From: Centroscyllium fabricii
Lineage: Eukaryota
Reading direction: 5' to 3'
DNA: 64,000 bases
NCBI GenBank assembly: GCA_051313645.2
Contig: JBNRSN020000089.1
Location: 3,038,001 to 3,102,000 of the forward strand
Below the pieces are notes generated by a model. That model searched no databases and was not told the origin of the DNA. It saw only the letters and a program-made list of their open reading frames with translations. The position numbers were made by a program, and so were the translations under genes. Below, piece after piece: positions 54,070 through 64,000 of this stretch. The stretch's first letter is position 1. Every line of letters begins with the position of its first letter.

Positions 54070-57000
54070 CTGTCTTTAGACTAGGATGTTCCTACCCCAT
54101 CCATTGCTGTCTGGAGACTGGGATGTTCCTAGCCCATCCCTTGCTGTCTCTAGACTGGGTTGTACCTACCCGATCCCTTGCTGTCCGGAGACTGGGATGT
54201 CCCTACCCCTTCCCTTGCTGTCTGGAGACTGGGATGTTCCTAACACATCCCTTTTTGTCTGGAGACTGGGATGTCCCTACCCCTTCCCTTGCTGTCCAGA
54301 GACTGGAATGTTCCTACCTCTTCCATTGCTGTCTTGAGACTGGGAAGTCCCTAACTCTTACCTTGCTGTCTCTAGACTGGGATGACCCTATCCCATCACT
54401 TGCTGTCTCTAGACTGGGATGTTCCTACCCCTTCCCTTGCTGTCTGGAGACTGGGATGTTACTACCCCTTCCCTTGCTGTCTGGAGACTGGGATGTCACT
54501 AACCCATCCCTTTCTGTCCAGAGACTGGGATGTTCCTACCCTATCCCTTGCTATCTGGAGGCTGGGATGTTCCTAACCCTTCCCTTGCTGTCCAGAGTTT
54601 GGGATGACCCTAGCTCTTCCCTTGCTGTCTGGAGAATGGGATGCTCCTGCCTCTTCCCTTGCTGTCCGGAGACTGGGATGTTCCTACCCCATCATTTGCT
54701 GTCTGGAGACTGGGATGTTCCTAACCCATCATTTGCTGTCTGGAGACGGGGATGTCCCTAACTCTTCCCTTGCTGTCTGGAGACTGGGATGTTCCTGCCT
54801 CTTCCCTTGTTGTCCGGAGACTGGGATGTTCCTACCCCATCACTTGCTGTCTGGAGACTGGTATGTTCCTACCCCATCCCTTGCTGTCTGGAGATTGGGA
54901 TGTCACTAGCTCTTCCCTTGCTGTCTGGAGACTGGGATATTCCTGCCTCTTCCCTTGCTGTCCGGAGACTGGGATGTTCGTAATCACATCCATTGCTGTC
55001 TGGAGACTGGGATGTTCCTACCCCATCCCTTGCTGTCTGGAGACTAGGATGTTCCTACCCCATCCCTTGCTGTCTGGAGAATGGATTGTTCCTACCCCAT
55101 TTCTTGCTGTCTCTAGACTGGGAAGTCCCTACCTCTTCCCTTGCTTTCCGGAGACTGGGATGTCCCTACCCCATCCCTTGCTGTCTCTAGACTGGGATGT
55201 CACTACCTCTTCCCTTGCTGTCTGGAGACTGGAATGTCCCTAACCTTCCCTTTCTGTCTGGGGACTGGGATGCTCCTACCGCATCCCTTGCTGTCCAGAG
55301 ACTGGGATGTGACTACCCTTTCCCTTGCTGTCTGGAGACTTAGATGTCCCTACCTCTTCCCTTGCTGTCTGGTACTGGGATGTTTCTACCTCTTCCCTTG
55401 CTGTCTCTAGACTGGGATGTTCCTACCCCATCCCTTGCTGTCCGGAGTCTTGGATGTCCCTACCCTTTCCCTTGCTGTCCGGAGATTGGCATGTTCCTAC
55501 CCCATTCCTTGCTGTCCGGAGTCTGGGATGTTCCTACCTATACCCTTGCTGTCTGGAGACTGGGATGTTCCTATCTCTTCCCTTGCTTTCTGGAGACAGG
55601 GATGTCCCTACCCCATCCCTTGCTGTCTCTAGACTGGGATGTTCCTACCCCTTCACTTGCTGTCGTAAGACTGGGATGTCCCTACCCCATCCCTTGCTGT
55701 CTCTAGACTGGGATGTCCCTATCCCTTCCCTTGCTGTCTGGAGACTGGGATATCCCTACCCCATCCCTTGCTGTCCAGAGACTGGGATGTTACTTCCACT
55801 TCCCTTGCTGTCTCTAGACTGGGATGTTGCTACGCCTTCCCTTGCTGTCTGGAGACTGGGATGTCCCTACACCATCCCTTCCCGTCTGGAGACTGGGATG
55901 TTCCTACACCATCACTTGCTGTCCGGAGACTGAGATGTCCCTACCCCTTCCCTTGCTGTCCAGAGACTGGAATGTTCCCACCTCTTCACTTGCTCTCTGG
56001 AGACTGCGATGTTCCTACCCCATCCCTTGCTGTCCTGAGGCTGGGATGACCCTACCCCTTCCATTGCTGTCTCTAGTCTAGGATGTTCTTACCCTATCCC
56101 TTGCTGCCTGTAGACTGAGTTGTCCCTACTCCATCCCTTGCTGTCTATAGACTAGGTTGTCCCTACCCCATCCCTTGCTGTCCGGAGACTGGGATGTCCC
56201 TACCCCATCCCTTGCTGTCCGGAGACTGGGAATTTCCTACCCTATCCCTTACTCTCTGGAGACTGAGATGTTCCTACCCCATCCCTTGCAGTCCGGCGAC
56301 TGGGATATACCTACCCCTTCCCTTGCTGTCTTTAGACTAGGATGTTCCTACCCCATCCATTGCTGTCTGGAGACTGGGATGTTCCTACCCCATCCCTTGC
56401 TGTCTCTAGACTGGGTTGTACCTACCCCATCCCTTGCTGTCCGGAGACTGGGATGTCCCTACCCCATCCCTTGCTGTCTGGAGTCTGGGATGTTCCTAAC
56501 ACATCCCTTGTTGTCTGGAGACTGGGATGTCCCTACCACTTCCCTTGCTGTCCTGAGACTGGAATGTTCCTACCTCTTCCCTTGCTGTCTTGAGACTGGG
56601 AAGTCCCTAACTTTTACCTTGCTGTCTCTAGACTGGGATGACCCTACCCCATCACTTGCTGTCTCTAGACTGGGATGTTCCTACCCCTTCCTTTGCTGTC
56701 TGGAGACTGGGATGACCCTACCCCTTCCATTGCAGTCTCTAGTCTAGGATGTTCTTACCCCATCCATTGCTGTCTGGAGACTGGGATGTTCCTAGCCCAT
56801 CCCTTGCTGTCTCTAGACTGGGTTGTACCTACCCGATCCCTTGCTGTCCGGAGACTGGGATGTCCCTACCCCTTCCCTTGCTGTCTGGAGACTGGGATGT
56901 TCCTAACACATCCCTTTTTGTCTGGAGACTGGAATGTCCCTACCCCTTCCCTTGCTGTCCAGAGACTGGAATGTTCCTACCTCTTCCATTGCTGTCTTGA

Positions 57001-58700
57001 GACTGGGAAGTCCCTAACTCTTACCTTGCTGTCTCTAGACTGGGATGACCCTATCCCATCACTTGCTGTCTCTAGACTGGGATGTTCCTACCCCTTCCCT
57101 TGCTGTCTGGAGACTGGGATGTTACTACCCCTTCCCTTGCTGTCTGGAGACTGGGATGTCCCTACCCCATCCCTTTCTGTCCAGAGACTGGGATGTTCCT
57201 ATCCTATCCCTTGCTGTCTGGAGGTTTGGGATGACCCTAGCTCTTCCCTTGCTGTCCGGAGACTGGGATGTTCCTACCCCATCATTTGCTGTCTGGAGAC
57301 TGGGATGTTCCTAACTCATCATTTGCTGTCTGGAGACGGGGATGTCCCTAGCTCTTCCCTTGCTGTCTGGAGACTGGGATGTTCCTGCCTCTTCCCTTGT
57401 TGTCCGGAGACTGGGATGTTCCTACCCCATCCCTTGCTGTCTGGAGACTGGTATGTTCCTACCCCATCCCTTTCTGTCTGGAGATTGTGATGTCCCTAGC
57501 TCTTCCCTTGCTGTCTGGAGACTGGGATATTCCTGCCTCTTCCCTTGCTCTCCGGAGACTGGGATGTTCATAATCCCATCCATTGCTGTCTGGAGACTGG
57601 GATGTTCCTACCCCATCCCTTGCTGTCTGGAGACTAGGATGTTCCTACCCCATCCCTTGCTGTCTGGAGAATGGATTGTTCCTACCCCATCTCTTGCAGT
57701 CTCTAAACTGGGAAGTCCCTACCTCTTCGCTTGCTTTCCGGAGACTGGGATGTCCCTACCCCATCCCTTGCTGTCTCTAGACTGGGATGTCACTACCTCT
57801 TCCCTTGCTGTCTGGAGACTGGAATGTCCCTAACCTTCCCTTTCCGTCTGGGGACTGGGATGCTCCTACCGCATCCCTTGCTGTCCAGAGACTGGGATGT
57901 TCCTACCCTTTCCCTTGCTGTCTGGAGACTTAGATGTCCCTACCTCATCCCTTGCTGTCTGGTACTGGGATGTTTCTACCTCTTCCCTTGCTGTCTCTAG
58001 GCTGGGATGTTCCTACCCCATCCCTTGCTGTCCGGAGACTTGGATGTCCCTACCCCATCCCTTGCTGGCAGGAGACTGCGAAGTTCCTACCCCATCCCTT
58101 GCTGTCTCTAGACTGGGATGTCCCTACCCTTTCCCTTGCTGTCCGGAGATTGGCATGTTCCTACCCCATCCCTTGCTGTCCGGAGTCTGGGATGTTCCTA
58201 CCTCTACCCTTGCTGTCTGGAGACTGGGATGTTCCTATCTCTTCCCTTGCTTTCTGGAGACAGGGATGTCCCTACCCCATCCCTTGCTGTCTCTAGACTG
58301 GGATGTTCCTACCCCTTCACTTGCTGTCGTAAGACTGGGATGTCCCTACACCATCCCTTGCTGTCTCTAGACTGGGATGTCCCTACCCCTTCCCTTGCTG
58401 TCTGGAGACTGGCATATCCCTACCCCATCCCTTGCTGTCCAGAGACTGGGATGTTACTACCACTTCCCTTGCTGTCTCTAGACTGGGATGTTGCTACGCC
58501 TTCCCTTGCTGTCTGGAGTCTGGGATGTCCCTACAACATCCCTTCCCGTCTGGAGACTGGGATGTTCCTACACCATCACTTGCTGTCCGGAGACTGAGAT
58601 GTCCCTACCCCTTCCCTTGCTGTCCAGAGACTGGAATGTTCCCACCTCTTCCCTTGCTCTCTGGAGACTGGGATGTTCCTACCCCATCCCTTGCTGTCCG
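54070..58700. repeat. Duplicated ~2.6-kb HOR block (70-72 monomers)
   Basis: GGTACTGGGA at 55371/57961 (offset 2590 = 70 x 37) and TGTCGTAAGA at 55661/58325 (offset 2664 = 72 x 37). Confidence 0.75.
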
Positions 58701-61700
58701 GAGACAGGGATGTCCCTACCGATTCCCTTGCTATCTGGAGACTGGGATGTTCCTACCCCATCCCTTGCTGTCCAGAGACTGGGATGTTCCTAACCCATCC
58801 CTTGCTGTGTGGAGACTGGGATGTCCCTACCCTATCACTTGCATTCTCTAGACTGGGATGTCCCTACCCCTTCCCTCGCTGTCTGGAGATTGGGATGTCC
58901 CTACCACATCCCTTGCTGTCTCTAGAGTGGGATGGTCCTACACTTTCCATTGCTGTCTCTAGACTCGGATGTTCCTACACCATCCCTTGCTGTCCAGAGA
59001 CTGGGATGTTCCTACCTCTTCCCTTGCTGTCCGGAGACTGGGATGTTCCTAACCTATTCCTTGCTGTCTGGAGACTGGGATGTTCCTACCCCATCCCTTG
59101 CTGTCTGGAGACTGGGAAGTTCCTACCCCATCCCTTGCTGTCTGGAGACTGGGATGATCCTACACCATCCTTTGCTGTCTCTAGACAGGGATGTTCCTAC
59201 CCCATCCCTTGCTATCTTTAGACTGGGGTGTTCCTACACCATCCGTTGCTGTCCGGAGACTGGGATGTCCCTACCCCATCTCTTACTGTCTCTAGACTGG
59301 GATGTTCCTTCCCAATCCCTTGCTCTCCGGAGACTGGGACGTCCCTAACCCTTCCCTTACTGTCTGGAGACTGGTATGTCCCTACCTCTTCCCTTGCTGT
59401 ACAGAGACTGGGATGTCCCTATCCCATACCTTGCTGTCCAGAGACTGGGATGTTCCTACCCCTTTCCTTGCTCTCTGGAGACTGGGATGTCCCTACCTCT
59501 ACCCTTGCTGTCTCTAGACTGGGATGTCCTCAGCCTTTCCCTTGCTGTCTGGAGACTAGGATGTTCCTACCTCATCATTTGCTGTCTCTAGACTGGGATG
59601 TCCCTACCCCTTCTCTTGCTGTCCGGAGTCTGGGATGCTCCTACCTCTAACCTTGCTGTCTGGAGACTTGGATGTTCCTATCTCTTCCCTTGCTTTCTGG
59701 GGACTGGGATGCCCCTACCCCATCCCTTGCTGTCTCTAGACTGGGATGTTCCTACCCCTTCCATTTCTCTCTGGAGACTGGGATGTCCCAACCCCATCCC
59801 TTGCTGTCTCTAGACTGGGATGTCCCTACCCCTTCCCTTGCTGTCTGGAGACTGGGATATCCCTACCCCATCCCTTGCTGTCCAGAGACTGGGATGTTAC
59901 TACCCCTTCCCTTGCTGTCTCTATACTGGGATGTTCCTACCCCTTCCCTTGCTGTCTGGAGACTGGGATGCCCCTACCCCATCCCTTGCACTCCGGAGAG
60001 TGGCATGTTCCTACCACATCATTTGCTGTCCGGAGACTGGGATGTCCCTACCCCATCCCTTGCTGTCTCTAGACTGGAATGTTGCTATGCCTTCCCTTGC
60101 TGTCTGGAGACTGGGATGTCCCTAAACCATCCCTTCCCGTCTGGAGACTGGGATGTTCCTACCCCATCCCTTGCTCTCCGGAGACTGGGATGTCCCTACC
60201 GATTCCCTTGCTATCTGGATACTGGGATGTTCCTACGACATCCCTTGCTGTCCAGAGACTGGGATGTTCCTAACCCATCCCTTGCTGTGTGGAGACAGGG
60301 ATGTCCCTACCCTATCACTTGCAGTCTCTAGACTGGGATGTCCCTACCCCTTCCCTCGCTGTCTGGAGATTGGGATGTCCCAACCACATCACTTGCTGTC
60401 TCTAGAGTGGGATGTTCCTACACCTTCCCTTGCTGTCTCTAGATTGGGATGTTCCTACCCCATCCCTTGCTGTCCAGAGACTGGGATGTTCCTACCTCTT
60501 CCCTTGCTGTCCGGAGACTGGGATGTTCCTAACCTATTCCTTGCTGTCTGGAGACTGGGATGTTCCTACCCCATCCCTTGCTGTCTGGAGACTGGGAAGT
60601 TCCTACCCCATCCCTTGCTGTCTGGAGACTGGGATGCTCCTACCCCATCCCTTGCTGTCTCTAGACAGGGATGTTCCTACCCCATCCCTTGCTATCTTTA
60701 GACTGGGATGTTCCTAGACCATCCGTTGCTATCCGGAGACTGAGATGTCCCTACCCCATCTCTTACTGTCTCTAGACTGGGATGTTCCTACCCAATCCCT
60801 TGCTGTCCAGAGACTGGGATGTTCCTACCCCTTCCCTTGCTGTCTGGAGACTGGGATGTCCCTAACGATACCCTTGCTGTCTCTAGACTGGGGTGTCCTC
60901 AACCCTTCCCTTGCTGTCTGGAGACTGGGATGTTCCTACCTCATCATTTGCTGTCTCTAGACTGGAATGTCCCTACCCCTTCCATTGCTGTCTGGAGAAT
61001 GGGATGTTCCTTCCTCTTCCCTTGCTGTCTCTAGACTGGGATGTTCCTACCCCTTTCCTTGCTGTCCGGAGACTGGGATTTCTCTACCCCTTCCCTTGCT
61101 GTGTGGAGACTGGGATGATCCTAACCCTTCCCTTGCTGTCTGGAGACTGGGATGTCCCTACGCCTTCCCTTGCTGTCCAGAGACTGGGATGTTCCTACCT
61201 CTTCCCTTTGGGTCTGGAGACTGGGATGTTCCTACCTCTTCCCTTGCTGTCTCTAGACTGTGATGTCCCTACCCCTTCCCTTGCTGTCCAAAGACTGGGA
61301 TGTTCCTACATCTTCCCTTGCTGTCTGGAGACTGGGTTGTTCATAACTCTTCCCTTGCTGTCTCTTGACTGGGATGTTCCTACCCCTTCCCTTGCTGTCC
61401 GGAGACTGGGATGTCCCTACCCCATCCCTTGCTGTCTGGAGACTGGGATGTTCCTAACACTTCCCTTGCTGTCTGGAGACTGGGATGTTGCTAACCCATC
61501 CGTTGCTATCTGGAGACTGGGCTGTTCCTACCCCTTCCCTTGCTGTCCAGAGTCTGGTAACTTCATACCCAATCTCTTGCTGTCTGGAGACTGGGATGTT
61601 CCTACCCCTTCCATTGCTGTCTGGAGCCTGGGATGTTCCTACCCCATCCCTTGCTGTCTGGAGACTGGGATGTTCCTACCCCTTCCCTTGCTGTCCATAG

Positions 61701-64000
61701 ATTGGGATGACGCTAACTCTTCCCTTGCTGTCTGCAGACTGGGATATTCCTACCTCTTCCCTTGTTGTCCGGAGACTGGGGTGTTCCTATCCCATCCCTT
61801 GCTGTCCGGAGACTGGGAAGTCCCTACCCCATACCTTGCTGTCTCAAGACTGGGATGTTCCTACCCCATCCCTTGCTGTATGGAGACGGGGATGTTCCTA
61901 ACCCATCCCTTGCTGTCTGGAGACTGGGTTGTCCCTACCCATCCCTTGCTGTCTGGAGACTGGAATGTTCGTACCCCATCCCTTGCTGACCAGAGACTGG
62001 GATGTTCCTACCATTTCCTTTGCTGTCTAGAGACTGGGATGTCCCTACCCCATCCCTTGCTGTCCGGAGACTGGGAAGTGCCTACCCCATCTCTTACTGT
62101 CAGGAGACTGGGATGTTCCTACCCCATCCCTTGCTGTACGGATGCTGGGATGACCCTACCCCTTCCCTTGCTGTCTCTAGACTAGGATGTTCTTACCCTA
62201 TACCTTGCTGCCTGTAGACTGAGTTGTCCCTACTCCATCCCTTGCTGTCTATAGCCTGGGTTGTCCCTACCCCATCCCTTGCTGTCCGGTGACTGTGATG
62301 TCCCTACCCCATCCGTTGCTGTCCGGAGACTGGGAAGTTCCTACCCTATCCCTTTCTGTCTGGAGACTGGGATGTTCCTACCCCATCCCTTGCAGTCCGT
62401 CGACTGGGATGTCCCTACCCCTTCCCTTGCTGTCTCTAGACTAGGATGTTCCTACCCCATCCCTTGCTGTCTGGAGACTGGGATGTTCCTACCCCATCCC
62501 TTGCTGTCTCTAGACTGTGTTGTCCCTACCCCATCCCTTGCTATCCGGAGACTGGGATGTCCCTACCCCTTCCCTTTCTGTCTGGAGACTGGGATGTTCC
62601 TAACCCATCCCTTTCTGTCTGGAAACTTGGATGCCCCTACACCTTCCCTTGCTGTCCAGAGACTGGAATGTTCCTATCTCTTCCCTTGCTGTCTGGAGTC
62701 TGGGATGTTCCTAACACATCCCTTGTTGTCTGGAGACTGGGATGTCCCTACCCCTTCCCTTGCAGTCCAGAGACTGGAATTCTCCTACCTCTTCCCTTGC
62801 TGTCTGGAGACTGGGATGTTCCTAACCCATCCCTTGTTGTCCGGAGACTGGGATGTCCCTACCGCTTCCCTTGCTGTCTGGAGACTGGGATGTTCCAACC
62901 CCATCTCTTGCTGTCTCTAGACTGCGATGTTCATACCGCTTCCCTTGCTGTCTGGAGACTGGGATGTCCCGACCTCTTCCCTTGCTGTCTCTAGTCTGGG
63001 ATAACCCTACCCCATCCCTTGCTGCCTCTAGACTGGGAAGTTCCTACACCTTCCCTTGCTGTCTGGAGACTGGGATGTTACTACCCCTTCCCTTGCTGTC
63101 TGGAGACTGGGATGTCCCTACCCCATCCTTTGCTGTCCAGAGACTGGGATGTTCCTACCCTATCCCTTGCTGTCTGGTGGCTGGGATGTTCCTACCACTT
63201 CCCTTGCTGTCAAGAGATTGGGATGTCCCTAGCTCTTCCCTTGCTGTCTGGAGACTGGGATGCTCCTGCCTCTTCCCTTGCTGTCCGGAGACTGGGATTT
63301 TCCTACCCCATCATTTGCTGTCTGGAGACTGGGATGTTCCTACCCCATAACTTGCTGTCTGGAGATTGGGATGTCCATAGCTCTTCCCTTGCTGTCTGGA
63401 GACTGGGATGTTCCTGCCTCTTCCCTTGCTGTCCGGAGACTCGGATGTTCCTACCCCATCCCTTGCTGTCTGGAGACTGGGATGTTCATACCCCATCCCT
63501 TGCTGTCTGGAGATTGGGATGTCCCTAGCTCTTCCCTTTTTGTCTTGGAGACTGGGATGTTCCTGCCTCTACCCTTGCTGTCCGGAGACTGGGATGTTCC
63601 TACCCCATCCCTTGCTGTCTGGAGCCTGGGATGTTCCTACCCCATTCCTTGCTGTCTGGAGACTGGGATGTTCCTACCCCATCCCTTGCTGTCTGGAGAC
63701 TGGAATGTTCCTACCCCATCTCTTGATGTCTCTAGACTGGGAAGTCCCTACCTCTTCCCTTGCTTTCCGGAGACTGGGATGTCCCTACCCCATCCCTTGC
63801 TGTCTCTAGACTGGGATGTCACTACCTCTTCCCTTGCTGTCTGGAGACTGGAATGTCGCTACCCTTCCCTTTCTGTCTGGGGACTGGGATGTTCCTACCG
63901 CATCCCTTGCTGTACAGAGACTAGGATGATCCTACCACTTCCCTTGCTGTCTGGAGACTTAGATATCCCTACCTCTTCCCTTGCTGTCTGGTACTGGGAT

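Larger units (their letters stand above)
18639..64000. repeat. 37-bp satellite array, right of the LINE insertion, running past the window edge
   Basis: Same unit and orientation as 1054-18321. I saw no inversion and no other unique DNA. Confidence 0.98.

Noticed and set aside
1128-63809. Hundreds of plus-strand ORFs with Cys/Pro/Leu/Trp-rich repeats, up to 430 aa (60893-62185)
   Set aside because: The 37-mer consensus has no plus-strand stop codon and 37 is not divisible by 3, so all frames give the same 37-aa cycle. ORFs end mostly where a TCTAGA variant falls in frame. The minus strand has TAG in most monomers, which explains the asymmetry.
1054-64000. CRISPR array (37-bp and 29-bp partly palindromic repeats)
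   Set aside because: Repeats are directly adjacent with no unique spacers, there are no cas genes or leader, and the embedded CR1 LINE indicates an animal genome.
1054-64000. Immunoglobulin switch-like region or a diversity-generating cassette array
   Set aside because: AGCT motifs occur in only a minority of monomers, no Ig exons, RSS motifs or recombinase/RT gene are present, and the variant patterns are explained by duplication history.
1-64000. Telomeric repeats, tRNA/rRNA genes or array inversions
   Set aside because: I saw no (TTAGGG)n tract, no recognisable structural RNA gene and no strand switch of the monomer.

Overview
This window is eukaryotic satellite DNA with no credible genes. 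Bases 1-~1053 are the end of an AT-rich 29-bp tandem repeat (CATCAGACAATATCCATCTGTGTACAATA, ~36 copies, continuing past the left edge). It joins directly, through a 6-bp ATGTCC microhomology, to a head-to-tail 37-bp satellite (GACTGGGATGTTCCTACCCCATCCCTTGCTGTCTGGA, ~1,690 copies, one orientation) that fills the rest of the window. The only non-satellite DNA is a 317-bp, 5'-truncated CR1-type LINE on the minus strand (18322-18638). It carries the last 40 codons of ORF2, a 3' UTR with a duplicated motif, a terminal stem-loop and a (TTCTTATG)n tail. By recollection the tail resembles shark/ray CR1 (HER1/HE1-type) ends, suggesting a cartilaginous-fish genome. The 37-mer array has nested higher-order structure: 4-mer subrepeats, ~2.0-2.7-kb units, ~4.3-5.5-kb superunits and many local duplications of near-exact multiples of 37 bp. 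All listed ORFs are translation artefacts of the repeats. I find no support for a novel protein-coding or CRISPR-like system. The interesting signals are structural and evolutionary. Duplication offsets were read by eye from diagnostic variants and the ORF track, so boundaries are approximate.
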